64,000 nt of DNA from positions 1 to 64,000 of the IMG/VR virus record IMGVR_UViG_3300048851_000105; one strand, given 5' to 3'. Both the position numbers and the translations under genes were made by a program. Shown piece by piece: positions 28,343 through 38,159 of the stretch. This stretch comes from a virus. Numbering within the stretch: the first letter of the stretch is position 1; every line of letters begins with the position of its first letter. The notes below the pieces were generated by a model. That model was given only the letters and a program-made list of their open reading frames with translations. It was not told where the DNA came from and searched no databases.

Positions 28343-31300
28343 GCACCCGCAACTACGGCGTCGTCCGAACCGCACGAGAGTTCCTCACCCACGCACGCAG
28401 GCTGATGCAGACCCCGGAGATTCCGGTCGGGTTCGACATCGAGGCCGGTTACCGAGGCGAGGACAAGGACGGCGTCTCGCTCCTCCCCCACCACCCCGAC
28501 TGGCTCCTGGTCTCCTTCCAGTTCACCAACGGCCGCGACTGGGCCCGCATGGTGCCGATCGCTTTCGACGACACCTCGAAGAACGTGGACGACGTCGTCG
28601 CGACCGCCCGAATCTTGTGGCGGCTGGTCAACACCTGCAAGATCGTCCCCCACAACGCGAACTACGAACTCACCGGCGTCAGCCGCTGGTTCATGGAGAC
28701 GCTCGCGGATGACCCGATCGTGGGCGAGGAAGTCCGCGCCGTCGACGGATTCTTCCCGATCTTCACGGACTCGTACATCGAGGCCAAGATGCTCAACCAG
28801 TACGACCCGCTGCGCGTCGGCGCCGGTCTGAAGGGCCTGTCGAAGCACGTGCTCGGGCAGGAGATGACGGAGTTCCGCTCGCTCTTCCCCGACGAGGACA
28901 CGGACATGGGCCCGGCGACGAAGAAGTCGCGCCTGAAGTACATCCGCTTCAACACCCGCAACCCCGATAGCCCCCGGATCATCGACTACTCGTGCGAGGA
29001 CGCCACGGCGGCCTGGGAACTCAGCGACAAGCACCTCCCGGCGCTGAAGGACTCCGAGATGTGGATGATGTACCAGATCGAGATGCGCCTGCTCCCGATC
29101 CTCGTCGACATGGAGTACGAGGCGCTCGTGCTCGACTGGCCCGAGATTCATCGCCGCGCGGAGGAGATCAAGCGGTTCGGCGAACTCTACAACGAGGAGA
29201 TTCAGCAGGAGTTCGCCAAGCGCACCGGCCGCGCCACGCCTGTGCTCCTGTCGAGCCCGAAGCAGTTGGCCGACGTCCTGTTCAAGGACCCCGCCGAGGG
29301 CGGCCTCGGTCTGCCGGTCAAGAAGCGCTCGGACAAGACGCAGCAGCCGAGCACGGGCAACGACGCGCTCCGCGTCATCGCGCAGAAGGACGCGATCATC
29401 CGAGACATCCTCACCTGGCGACGCGTGAGCAAGTTGTACGGCTCCTACCTCAACAAGTACGACACCCAGTTGAACTACGCGGGCAACGGCCGTGCATACC
29501 CGAACCACAACCAGATCGGCGCAGGCACCGGCCGCATGTCGGTCGACGGCGTCCCCTACCAGCAGTGGCCGAAGCCGTACCACTTCGAGTTGAAGGACGG
29601 CACGTCGTTCGACCTCAACTTCCGTGACCTGCTCGTCTCGCCCGAGGGCTTCCGCATCGTCGGCTTCGACTACAGCCAGATCGAGTTGCGCATTCTGGCA
29701 GGCCAGGCGGGCGAGGACACCATGATCCAGGCCTTCAAGGACGGGGTGGACATTCACCGCGCCACGGCCGCGACCATGCTCCGTCGTCCGCTGGAGGACA
29801 TCGACAAGAAGCAGCGTGGCGTCGGCAAGACCTCGAACTTCGCCGTGGTCTACCAGTCCGGCGCTGAGAACATCGCCGACATGCTCACCGCCCAGGGGTC
29901 GCCCACGACCACCGAAGAGGCCGAGCAGATGCTGAAGGACTACTTCGCAGCGTTCCCCAAGTTGCGCGCCTACATGGACAAGTTGGTCACGGACGGCTCC
30001 AGCCAGCACTACATCATGACGCCGTTCGGCCGGAAGTTCACCATCTGGGAGTACAAGGACTCCCGGCAGTGGATTCGCGCCAAGGGCGATCGTCTGTGCG
30101 TCAACGCCCCCATCCAGGGTGGCGCGGCCGACTACATGAAGATCGGGCTCGTGCGGGCCTACAACGCCATCAAGAAGGCTGAGAAGGAGGGGCGCATCCC
30201 CCCGAAGAGCATCCGCCTGGTCATGAGCGTGCACGACGCGCTGGAGTTCTACGTGCACGAGTCCGTGGACACCCAGACGGTCATCGACCTGCTCGACCCC
30301 ATGGTGGCGTTCGATCACCCTGCGCTCGGAGGCGTGCCGATCCGCGCGGACTGGCACGAGGGACACCGCTGGGGACACGTCGTCGAGGTCCAGCGCGACG
30401 AGAGCGGCAAGATCACGGGTTACGTGAACGAGGACGACGATCAGGTCTTCGAGAACGTCGAGGACGCCTACGCCCGTGGGCTCGTGCTCGACGAGGAGAA
30501 GATGGCCAAGTACGCCCAGAAGATCGCCGACCGGCTCGCCCAGCAGCAGGGAGAGCAGCAGGCCGCGGCCGTCCAGGACAGCGACGACTTCGCAGACCTG
30601 CCTCACCCGTTCATCGCCGACTCGACCGAACTCTTCTGCGCCATCTGCGGGCAGGATGAGGATTCCACCAACCTGCACGATCTCGCGCTCGCCGAGGACA
30701 CCCAGAGCCTCCCCGGGCCTAGTCAGCCGGAGCCTCACCCGGGGCCCCCGTCCGACCCCGTGCCTGGTCAGGAGGAGAAGCCCAACACCGAGGAGGACCT
30801 CTTCGCGGAGATCGACGCCCTCATCGGGGTAGCGGATCAGGTCGTCCACGACCCCGAGCCTCCCATGGCGCTCGCGGAAGAAGATTCGGCGTTCACGGCA
30901 CTGGCCAAGGAGCAGGGCGAACTCCCCGGTCCGACCGTGCTCGATGCCATCGACGACGCTGTCGTTGAGGCGAAGGCGGCCGAGGCGCGCGAGCGCTTCC
31001 TGTCCGGCTCCACTACGGGCGGTCTCGACCACCAGCAGTTGAAGAGCGAGTTCTACCTGCGCTACCACAAGGAGGCCGAGCCGTTCGAGAGCCCGAGCGC
31101 GTGGCTGAAGCGTATCGGCGTCTCAGAGGACGAGGCTCGCGACGACGCGGACGCTCCCGAGTGGGCGCACACGCCCATGGAGCCGAAGACCGCACAGGAG
31201 GTGGATCAGGTCTGGGTGCTCACCGTCACCGAGATGCCCGATGAGGACCTCTACGAGGTCATGATGTCGTGGCTGAAGAAGATGGACGGCTACGTGCTTT

Positions 31301-31440
31301 CGCGAGTTATCCTCAGCACGCCCGAGGGGGACGTCGAACTGGGTGAGTTCGCGGTCGGCGCGGACAACCAGCACAAGGTCTCTCGTCTCGTGCACGGTCA
31401 GTTCGACATGGCGACTCGACCGAAGCGGGTGAACGCATGA
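28339..31440 (+). CDS. polA: Family A DNA polymerase with 3-5 exonuclease and about 350-aa C-terminal extension
   Basis: GFDIEA exo I; TGRMS, DYSQIELRILA, KTSNFAVVY, NAPIQGGAADYMK, VHDALEF. Confidence 0.93.
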   Translation: MSTRNYGVVRTAREFLTHARRLMQTPEIPVGFDIEAGYRGEDKDGVSLLPHHPDWLLVSFQFTNGRDWARMVPIAFDDTSKNVDDVVATARILWRLVNTCKIVPHNANYELTGVSRWFMETLADDPIVGEEVRAVDGFFPIFTDSYIEAKMLNQYDPLRVGAGLKGLSKHVLGQEMTEFRSLFPDEDTDMGPATKKSRLKYIRFNTRNPDSPRIIDYSCEDATAAWELSDKHLPALKDSEMWMMYQIEMRLLPILVDMEYEALVLDWPEIHRRAEEIKRFGELYNEEIQQEFAKRTGRATPVLLSSPKQLADVLFKDPAEGGLGLPVKKRSDKTQQPSTGNDALRVIAQKDAIIRDILTWRRVSKLYGSYLNKYDTQLNYAGNGRAYPNHNQIGAGTGRMSVDGVPYQQWPKPYHFELKDGTSFDLNFRDLLVSPEGFRIVGFDYSQIELRILAGQAGEDTMIQAFKDGVDIHRATAATMLRRPLEDIDKKQRGVGKTSNFAVVYQSGAENIADMLTAQGSPTTTEEAEQMLKDYFAAFPKLRAYMDKLVTDGSSQHYIMTPFGRKFTIWEYKDSRQWIRAKGDRLCVNAPIQGGAADYMKIGLVRAYNAIKKAEKEGRIPPKSIRLVMSVHDALEFYVHESVDTQTVIDLLDPMVAFDHPALGGVPIRADWHEGHRWGHVVEVQRDESGKITGYVNEDDDQVFENVEDAYARGLVLDEEKMAKYAQKIADRLAQQQGEQQAAAVQDSDDFADLPHPFIADSTELFCAICGQDEDSTNLHDLALAEDTQSLPGPSQPEPHPGPPSDPVPGQEEKPNTEEDLFAEIDALIGVADQVVHDPEPPMALAEEDSAFTALAKEQGELPGPTVLDAIDDAVVEAKAAEARERFLSGSTTGGLDHQQLKSEFYLRYHKEAEPFESPSAWLKRIGVSEDEARDDADAPEWAHTPMEPKTAQEVDQVWVLTVTEMPDEDLYEVMMSWLKKMDGYVLSRVILSTPEGDVELGEFAVGADNQHKVSRLVHGQFDMATRPKRVNA

Positions 31441-31961
31441 CGATCGTCGACAACCCCGAACTCGACCAGTACGAGGTCCCGCTGCGTAGGGCTGAGCGGA
31501 CTGCGCTCGCCTGGCGCGACGAGGCTCTCGCGCTCCGCCGAGGCATCGGTCCCGAGGTCCTGGAGGTCGAGACCGGCGCAGAGGCTCTCCTGGCCATCAG
31601 GAGGGTCGTAGCCGCCCAGGACCGGGTAGATGCCCTCTTGGAGGATTCCAGGGCTCTCATGGGCCGTATGCGCCGTGCCAGGGACGACACACGCGCTGCG
31701 GCGGAGGAGCAGGTGGACGCCGCCATCGCCAACGAGGCGGGGCGCCGGATCGAGTACCAGGGCGCGGCCGATCGTCGCGCAGCAGCCAACGTGGCGGCCG
31801 TGGAGCAGCGCCGCGCGCAGCGTCTCCTCGACCGTGCGTACGACACGCTGAAGGAGGCGTACGACTCGATCAGCGCCTCCCGCTGGCAACTGAACACCCT
31901 TCGCGAAGACCTGAGGTCGACCCTCAACGTCTTCCGATTCGAGAACTCGTTGGATCGATAG
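31437..31961 (+). CDS. Helical protein, possibly a UvsY-like recombination mediator
   Basis: All-helical; AYDSISASRWQLNTLRE...FRFE end resembles UvsY; sits before SSB and RecA. Confidence 0.4.
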   Translation: MTIVDNPELDQYEVPLRRAERTALAWRDEALALRRGIGPEVLEVETGAEALLAIRRVVAAQDRVDALLEDSRALMGRMRRARDDTRAAAEEQVDAAIANEAGRRIEYQGAADRRAAANVAAVEQRRAQRLLDRAYDTLKEAYDSISASRWQLNTLREDLRSTLNVFRFENSLDR

Positions 31962-31993
31962 GTCCAATGTCAGAGGCACCCAGTAGGGTGACC

Positions 31994-32016
31994 TTGAAAC
32001 CGTGACTCCGGTCAGC
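31994..32016 (+). promoter_or_regulatory. TTGAAA followed by operator-like CGTGAC-TCCG-GTCAGC
   Basis: Intergenic before SSB; degenerate member of the operator family. Confidence 0.4.
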
Positions 32017-32056
32017 AATCCGCAGGACCGCGTCACCCACATGAGAGAAGAAGAAC

Positions 32057-33154
32057 ATGCCTGAAATCGACTACGGCAAGGCCAACGCCAAGGTCTCGAA
32101 GATCAACTACGACTACCCCAAGTTGAAGTTGGGCAAGGACGAGAAGGCACGCATCGTGCTCATCGAGAAGAGCCCGGTCTTCGAGTGGGTGCACGAACTC
32201 CGGCGTCCCAAGATCGTCGACGGCGTCCCCCAGATGGAGACGAAGCAGCGCCGCGACAAGACCGAGTACCAGGACCACGTCATGGACTTCCTCTCGAAGC
32301 CCATCTGCCTCGGTGACGCGGGCACGCTCGACAACGACGGCCTCGACCCGAAGAACTGCCCGGTCTGCGCGCTCGCCAAGCGCAACCCGGATGCCACCAA
32401 GGCTCCGGTCCGTCGCTTCGCCACGCACGTCATCCGCTACCAGACGCGCGGCGGCACGTATGACATCACCAACCCGTTCAGCGTCGAGGTGCTCGTGTGG
32501 TCGTTCACCGAGCGCATGTTCGCCCAGATCAGCGAGTTCCGCGAGGACTGGGGCGACCTGCGTGCGAAGGACCTCAACCTGCTGTGCACGAACCAGACCT
32601 TCCAGAACTACGACATCAACGTCGCGTCGAAGACCGAGTACCTCACGGACGACGCGCGTACGCAGATCGTGAAGGCCGCGTACGCGAACAACCGCATCGA
32701 GGACCTCACGATCGCCTGCGGTCGGCAGACGGAGGAGCGCTGGCTCCTCTCGGACATCCAGAAGATCGAGGAGGCGTGGGCCGAGGTCAGCGCGATCAAG
32801 CGGGGCTCGCCGTCGACCACGTCGCTCATGGACGACCTCGGCGCCATCGCACAGCAGGACGGCCAGTGGGCCGCGCAGGCGCCCGCCGCCGACGAGCCCG
32901 CGTCCAGTGCACCGGCTCAGGCCGTGCAGCAGGCTCAGAAGCCCGCTCCTGCGGCGTCTTCGACCGACCTCGACGCTATGTTCGACGGCATCGACACGGC
33001 TCCGGCTCGTGAGAAGATCACGGACGAGCCCGCGGCCGAGGAGATCACTCCGGAAGCGCCCGCGCCCGAGGCACCGAAGTCCGCTCCCGCCGCCCCTGCT
33101 CCGGCAGCCGCGGCGAACGTGACCGACGACCTCGACGCCCTGCTCGGCGCGTAA
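32057..33154 (+). CDS. T4 gp32-like single-stranded DNA-binding protein
   Basis: HELR...PICLG...CPVC core, Ala/Pro linker, acidic tail DDLDALLGA. Confidence 0.75.
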   Translation: MPEIDYGKANAKVSKINYDYPKLKLGKDEKARIVLIEKSPVFEWVHELRRPKIVDGVPQMETKQRRDKTEYQDHVMDFLSKPICLGDAGTLDNDGLDPKNCPVCALAKRNPDATKAPVRRFATHVIRYQTRGGTYDITNPFSVEVLVWSFTERMFAQISEFREDWGDLRAKDLNLLCTNQTFQNYDINVASKTEYLTDDARTQIVKAAYANNRIEDLTIACGRQTEERWLLSDIQKIEEAWAEVSAIKRGSPSTTSLMDDLGAIAQQDGQWAAQAPAADEPASSAPAQAVQQAQKPAPAASSTDLDAMFDGIDTAPAREKITDEPAAEEITPEAPAPEAPKSAPAAPAPAAAANVTDDLDALLGA

Positions 33155-33753
33155 TGCGCGCGCTCGTCGGGGACCTGGCCGCCACCTTCTCTGCGTTCCA
33201 GATCAGGGATGGCAGCCAGGTCCTCGTCGAGTGGGACACCCGGGGGGAGACTCCCTTCGGCACGGCCAAGAAGATTCGGCGGATGGCCGACGAGTACGCG
33301 GTCGACCTGATCTTGCTGGAGACCGTCCCGCAGCGGGTCAAGTTCCATATCGACCGCATCTTTCGGCTCCAGGGCATCATCTTCGCCTACCTGCACCCGT
33401 ACTTCGAGGGCGACCGAATCTTCTTGGTGTTCCCGCAGACGTGGCAGAAGCATTACCCAGGCGTAGGGAGCATTCCCAAGGGCGTGGACGTCCCGAAGGC
33501 CCATCGAGACGCGTGGAGGGCTGAGGAGGCCCGGAAGCACGCACTGGCTCGCGGTTACGCGCCGCCCGACCTCGTCGAGCAGTACATCGCGAGCCTCCCA
33601 GAGGGGGCGAGGGTGCTGAAGAAGCACACTGACCCTCTCGCCAAGAGCATGACGGACTACGTCGATGCCTTCCTCATCGGGGACTGGCTCTACTCAATCG
33701 GCACCGTTGACGAACTGAGGCGTACCACAGGCGTACAGCCTCCCATGATCTAG
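33154..33753 (+). CDS. ruvC: RuvC-like Holliday junction resolvase
   Basis: LVGDLA, ILLETV, FPQTWQK, DYVDAFLIG. Confidence 0.65.
   Translation: MRALVGDLAATFSAFQIRDGSQVLVEWDTRGETPFGTAKKIRRMADEYAVDLILLETVPQRVKFHIDRIFRLQGIIFAYLHPYFEGDRIFLVFPQTWQKHYPGVGSIPKGVDVPKAHRDAWRAEEARKHALARGYAPPDLVEQYIASLPEGARVLKKHTDPLAKSMTDYVDAFLIGDWLYSIGTVDELRRTTGVQPPMI
33701..33732 (+). promoter_or_regulatory. Phage-sigma promoter copy 4 (GCAC-N16-CGTACCACAGGC), leadered
   Basis: Exact consensus inside the end of ruvC; upstream of the recA operon. Confidence 0.7.
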
Positions 33754-33767
33754 AGAGAAGATTCCTC

Positions 33768-34073
33768 ATGTCCGACGAGAAGAAGGTCCGCATCGTTCCG
33801 CCCGAGCAGGTCGTGCCCGACTACTTCCAGCCGTACTCGCAGGTGGAGCACGGCTACCGCAACCCCAACGGCGGTGAAATCTGGGGACCTGCCTACGTCG
33901 GCAACACGGTTGTCTCCCTCGCGGACGCGGCCGGACGCGGCCGGTTCCTGGATCATCGGCGCCGCGAGGTGGAGCGTCTCGGCGTGCTCTGGGACGCCAA
34001 GAAGATGGCTCCGGTGTTCATCCAGCGGACGCGAACGGTGACGTTCGACGAGCCGACCGAGGTGGAGGAGTGA
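33768..34073 (+). CDS. Hypothetical protein
   Basis: AGAAGATTCCTCATG start context. Confidence 0.6.
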   Translation: MSDEKKVRIVPPEQVVPDYFQPYSQVEHGYRNPNGGEIWGPAYVGNTVVSLADAAGRGRFLDHRRREVERLGVLWDAKKMAPVFIQRTRTVTFDEPTEVEE

Positions 34074-35332
34074 GCCCGGCAGCCAAGGCAGTGGCGAAGG
34101 CCAAGCCGGACGAACTCGACGCGCTCTTCGACAAGGCCGAGGCGAAGTACGGCTCCCCGGTCGGCACGCTCGACGCGATCGGCTCGGATGCCCAGTTCAT
34201 CTCGACGGGCAACATGTCCTTCGACCTCGCGCTCGGCGGCGGCTTCCCCATGGGGCGCCTCGTGGAACTGGCCGGGCCTCCCTCGTGTGGCAAGACCACG
34301 CTCGCGAGCATGGCCGTCGCGATCCTCCAGCAGATCATCCTCTCCGGGGGCGACCCCTCGCGAGGCATCAAGCCAGACGACGTCATCCTCTACCTCGACT
34401 TCGAGAACGCCGTCGACAAGCAGTACATGCGCAAACTCGGCATCGACACGAAGGACCGCAGCCTGCGCTTCACCCAGCCTGACTTCCTCGAAGACGGCGC
34501 CGCGCTCACGCTCGCAGCGATCCGCACCGGCCGCGTTCGCATGGTGGTGGTCGACTCCGTCGCGGCCATGAACCCCCGCGCGGTCGCGGAGGCAGAGGTC
34601 GGCAAGCCGCTCCCCGCGATCATGGCGAAGATTCTGACGCCGTGGGCGACCACGCTCCAGAACGAGGCCAAGGAGAACAACTGCCTGGTCATCTTCATCA
34701 ACCACCAGAAGGAGGTCATGGAGATGGGCGGCGGCAGCAAGCCGGGCGTGAAGGTCTACAACACCCCCGGCGGCTCGGCGCTGAAGTATTTCCAGTCGCA
34801 GCGGCTCTCCTTCCGTCAGGGCACGAAGAACTACACCGACTACAAGGACCCCGTGCTGAAGGAGACCGAGCGCCGGGTGACCAGCATCGACATCCGCATG
34901 ACGGTCGAGAAGAACAAGGTGGCCCCGCCCTACCGCAAGGCGCTCGCGCGCGTGCGAGAGAACCGTGGCTTCGACAACTTCTGGTCGGCCATGTCGATCC
35001 TGCTCGCGCACCGTCTCGTCGTCGGCGAGGCCGGAGGCATGTTCTACTTCCACCGCCTCGCGGAGCACGGGCTCGTCGAGGACTGGATGACGATGAGCGC
35101 GGCGAAGGCCAAGACCGAGCCACGCCCCTACATCCGCGGCCTCGACAACGTCTACGCCATGGCGGACACCCACCCCGAGTGGCGCGAGCGCGTCATCATG
35201 TTCACCGAGGGCATCCTCCCCGACATCATCAAGACGGACGAGGACATGGACGTGGCGGCGCCGATCGAAGAGGCCGACGAGACCACGACCGCAGCGCTCG
35301 CCGAGTTCGACGCCATCGAGGACGGCTCCTGA
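34070..35332 (+). CDS. recA: RecA/UvsX recombinase
   Basis: ISTGNMSFDLALGGGFPMGRLVELAGPPSCGKTT, VVDSVAA, IFINH, TPGGSALKY, EKNKVAPP. Confidence 0.95.
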   Translation: MSPAAKAVAKAKPDELDALFDKAEAKYGSPVGTLDAIGSDAQFISTGNMSFDLALGGGFPMGRLVELAGPPSCGKTTLASMAVAILQQIILSGGDPSRGIKPDDVILYLDFENAVDKQYMRKLGIDTKDRSLRFTQPDFLEDGAALTLAAIRTGRVRMVVVDSVAAMNPRAVAEAEVGKPLPAIMAKILTPWATTLQNEAKENNCLVIFINHQKEVMEMGGGSKPGVKVYNTPGGSALKYFQSQRLSFRQGTKNYTDYKDPVLKETERRVTSIDIRMTVEKNKVAPPYRKALARVRENRGFDNFWSAMSILLAHRLVVGEAGGMFYFHRLAEHGLVEDWMTMSAAKAKTEPRPYIRGLDNVYAMADTHPEWRERVIMFTEGILPDIIKTDEDMDVAAPIEEADETTTAALAEFDAIEDGS

Positions 35333-35446
35333 GATGAGCGTGGATCAGATCGCCGCTTCGACTTCACCGGGTGCGGACTGTGCATGCTGCGCTATCCGGA
35401 TGACTACGACTACTCCGAAGATTTCTCGAATTCTTGATCTCGTAGC

Positions 35447-35460
35447 CATTTCATGAAATG
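35447..35460. promoter_or_regulatory. Palindrome CATTTC-AT-GAAATG
   Basis: One of four intergenic copies. Confidence 0.6.
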
Positions 35461-35499
35461 ATCGCTTCAGGTCAAGCACACACGAACGAAGGAGATTCC

Positions 35500-36660
35500 A
35501 TGACCATCACCGTCGAGCAGATGCGGGAGAAGTTGATCCCGATCGGCGATCTCGTCGACCGCCTCGGGACCACCGAGCCGCTCAGCACGCAGGACATCAA
35601 CAACGAGACGCCCGTCCGGTTCCGTCTCCAGCCCGGCTGGGAGACGGACCTCGAAGCGACGTCGGACACCGCGCCGGTCAACGCCTTCATCACAGTCGCC
35701 GGGCAGGAGCGCCAACTCACCAAGGAGGCCGCGCTCCAGGCCACCAGCCAGGTCGGCGTTCCCATGGCGCTCGTGAAGAAGACCCCGGGCTCGCTCATCG
35801 AGCCGATCCTCAACCACTTCTGGGACTCGGGTCTCGGAGGCACGGAGTACAAGGCCCTGTCGGTCGGCGACACCGTGTCGGCGTTCACGAAGGCCACGAT
35901 CACCCCGTTCTCGAACCTCGAACTGGTCGAGCGCATCACGTCGGCCGTCGAGAAGCGCTACGGCGCCAGCGCTCGCGTGTTCGCGGACTACAAGTTCTCG
36001 CACACGCTCCAGTCGACCGACGTCCGGCTCATCCTCCCCGACATCCAGGAGACCATCCGGGACAGCGGCATGGGCGACGTGCCGGACAGCAGCGAGGACA
36101 TCTGGCTCGGTGGCATGCACCTGCACAACTCCCTCGTGGGCAAGGGCCAGACGACGATCGAGCCCTACCTGTTCCGCTGGTGGTGCACGAACGGCTGCAC
36201 GACCGAGCGCCGTGCCGGGATGGTCCACAGCCGCCTCGGCAACGCGGGCCAGGACGCCGAGGGCGCATACGCGTGGGCGGCCACGGCCGTCGACGAGGTG
36301 CTCGGCGGCATGGAGGCCGAGTTCGAGTCCGTGCAGGCCCTCACGAGCCTCTCGGTGGCGGGCAACACCGCGGACGTCCTCGCGGACATCTTCGGCCGCT
36401 ACGACCTCCCCGTGTCCCAGCGTGACGCGATCCGCGAGAACGTCGAGAACCTCACCGGTCCCCTGACGCTCTACTCGATCATGCAGTCCATCACGCAGGT
36501 GGCCAACGATCCCAACCTCGACCAGCGTCGCGCCGATCGCCTCATGCGCATCGGCGGCGCGATCCCGAGCACGGAGTTCGACCCGCTGAAGGCCCGAATC
36601 TTCCGTGAGGGTCAGTCCAACCCGTCCGGCCCCAACCCCTACGAGATTCAGCCTCTCTAG
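35500..36660 (+). CDS. DUF932-like protein
   Basis: LHNSLVG...PYLFRWWCTNG motif. Confidence 0.65.
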   Translation: MTITVEQMREKLIPIGDLVDRLGTTEPLSTQDINNETPVRFRLQPGWETDLEATSDTAPVNAFITVAGQERQLTKEAALQATSQVGVPMALVKKTPGSLIEPILNHFWDSGLGGTEYKALSVGDTVSAFTKATITPFSNLELVERITSAVEKRYGASARVFADYKFSHTLQSTDVRLILPDIQETIRDSGMGDVPDSSEDIWLGGMHLHNSLVGKGQTTIEPYLFRWWCTNGCTTERRAGMVHSRLGNAGQDAEGAYAWAATAVDEVLGGMEAEFESVQALTSLSVAGNTADVLADIFGRYDLPVSQRDAIRENVENLTGPLTLYSIMQSITQVANDPNLDQRRADRLMRIGGAIPSTEFDPLKARIFREGQSNPSGPNPYEIQPL

Positions 36661-36744
36661 GGCCCACAGACGCCAGGGCCGCGTGCTTCTTCCCCGTCGC
36701 ACGCGGCCCTGGTCCATACCCACCAGAGTCCCCAGGAGGACCGT

Positions 36745-37350
36745 ATGACCGTGCAGTTCCAGGCTCCCAAGCCACACGCCCTGTTCTGGATCGACATCGA
36801 GGCCACAGCCCTGTCGAAGAAGAACGACTTCAGCGACGTGCATCCCCTCGAATTGGCCGTCATCGTGACGGACTTCGACCTCGAACCCATGGCGGGCTAC
36901 GAAGCCGTCATCACGCCCACAGCGGAGACAGTGGCCTCCCTGCGCCGGAACCCTCAGGCGCTGGAGATGCACCGCGCCAACGGGCTCGTGGCGGCGCTGA
37001 AGGGCACCACAGAGACCGTGGAGGAGGTCGAGCAGAACCTCATCCAGATGCTGAAGACGAAGACCGCCCTCCAGCCGGGTGAGTTCATGATCGCGGGCTC
37101 CGGCGTCGCCCGCTACGACTACGGTCTCCTCGACAAGTGGATGCCCGCGCTCACCTCGTGGTTCGCCTACTACCCCTTCGACATCGGCGTCATGCGCCGG
37201 ACCGCCAAGATTCTCTCCGGCGGCCGACAGATCGTCGAGCCGAACACGGCGTCGTATGGCGACGAGAAGTTGCACCGTGCTCGTGCCGACGTCGAAGCCC
37301 ACCTGGCCGAAGCGCGCCAGTGGCAGGACTGGTTCCGGAGGGCGTCATGA
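36745..37350 (+). CDS. orn: Oligoribonuclease (DEDDh)
   Basis: LFWIDIEAT, ELAVIVTDFDL, MHRANGL, HRARADV. Confidence 0.85.
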   Translation: MTVQFQAPKPHALFWIDIEATALSKKNDFSDVHPLELAVIVTDFDLEPMAGYEAVITPTAETVASLRRNPQALEMHRANGLVAALKGTTETVEEVEQNLIQMLKTKTALQPGEFMIAGSGVARYDYGLLDKWMPALTSWFAYYPFDIGVMRRTAKILSGGRQIVEPNTASYGDEKLHRARADVEAHLAEARQWQDWFRRAS

Positions 37351-37448
37351 GAGCCTCACATGTGGTGTTCCTCGCCAGCATGGTCACGATGGCCGCCGCG
37401 CTCGCCGGGCTCTGCCTCTACATCACCGTGGAGCGCTGGACGTTCTGA
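37347..37448 (+). CDS. Small membrane peptide
   Basis: Single TM helix; ATGA overlap. Confidence 0.4.
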   Translation: MRASHVVFLASMVTMAAALAGLCLYITVERWTF

Positions 37449-37467
37449 TTCCGCAGGGGTCATGGTA

Positions 37468-37497
37468 TTGACACCGTGACCCCTGTAACGGTATCGT
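37468..37497 (+). promoter_or_regulatory. SigA-type promoter TTGACA-N18-TATCGT with operator CGTGAC-CCCT-GTAACG in the spacer
   Basis: Consensus -35; operator at 37475-37490. Confidence 0.7.
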
Positions 37498-37529
37498 CGG
37501 GAGTGGTCAAGACAGAGAGGATTCCTCGT

Positions 37530-37736
37530 ATGGACTCCAACAAATCATCGCGTGCCAGTCAGGCGCGCATCACGTATCTTGCGCTCGCCATCGCCGCTCT
37601 GCTCGGCGCCGCCCTCCATGTCGAGAGCGGAGACGCCGGTCGGGTGATCCTGCTCATGGTGCTCGCAGCCGGGTTCGTCGCGCTCGCCGTTCGAGCGGGT
37701 CAGGTCGCACGTCGGGAGGACGACCGTGGCGAGTAG
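37530..37736 (+). CDS. Two-TM membrane protein
   Basis: Two hydrophobic helices. Confidence 0.55.
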   Translation: MDSNKSSRASQARITYLALAIAALLGAALHVESGDAGRVILLMVLAAGFVALAVRAGQVARREDDRGE

Positions 37737-37896
37737 CGTCCTTTCCCAGATCGCTGAGGACTTCGCCGAGCAGAAGGTGATCACCTCCAACGTGCGAGGC
37801 ACCGATCCCGATCTCCTCCGCAGCCTGTGGAAGGCCAACGCCCTGGAGGTACTCGCTTTCGCAGTGCCACGCCTCGGCATCGAGGAGGGATCGTGA
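37726..37896 (+). CDS. Hypothetical protein (56 aa)
   Basis: GGAGGA SD, GTG start; below ORF-track cutoff. Confidence 0.5.
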   Translation: MASSVLSQIAEDFAEQKVITSNVRGTDPDLLRSLWKANALEVLAFAVPRLGIEEGS

Positions 37897-38159
37897 AGAG
37901 TCCCATCTCGTCGAAGACGACGAAGATTCTCCTCGACGGGCTCCGTCTCCAGGAGTGCTCCGTGCGGCCCACCACCAACGGCTGGCACATCCTCTTCCCG
38001 AACGGCGCGGGCACGTCGCTGCACCGCACCCTGTCCGACTGGCGGGCACTGAAGAACTTCCGCTCGATCGTGCGACAGCAGGGTCTCGTGTGGCCGCTCG
38101 ACAAAGAAGAGTTCAGCCAACTTGCACAGAAGTCCCGCAGGGGCGTACAACAGGCATGA
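37893..38159 (+). CDS. Orphan HicA-like (dsRBD-fold) protein
   Basis: VRPTTNGWHILFPNG...HRTLSDWRALKNFRSIVRQQG; no HicB neighbour. Confidence 0.55.
   Translation: MKSPISSKTTKILLDGLRLQECSVRPTTNGWHILFPNGAGTSLHRTLSDWRALKNFRSIVRQQGLVWPLDKEEFSQLAQKSRRGVQQA
38124..38158 (+). promoter_or_regulatory. Phage-sigma promoter copy 5 (GCAC-N16-CGTACAACAGGC-ATG)
   Basis: Consensus match; the ATG opens only 19 codons and a structured RNA follows. Confidence 0.7.

Noticed and set aside
28264-31068. Long minus-strand ORFs (also 3843-6413, 14069-15766, 17631-19082, 35467-37302)
   Set aside because: Antisense shadows of high-GC3 + strand genes; no recognisable motifs, SDs or promoters
17652-35332. Inteins or introns in DnaB, the polymerase or RecA
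   Set aside because: Conserved motifs are contiguous; no C/S...HN-C/S/T splice ends or LAGLIDADG/HNH motifs; the polymerase extension is C-terminal and not intein-like
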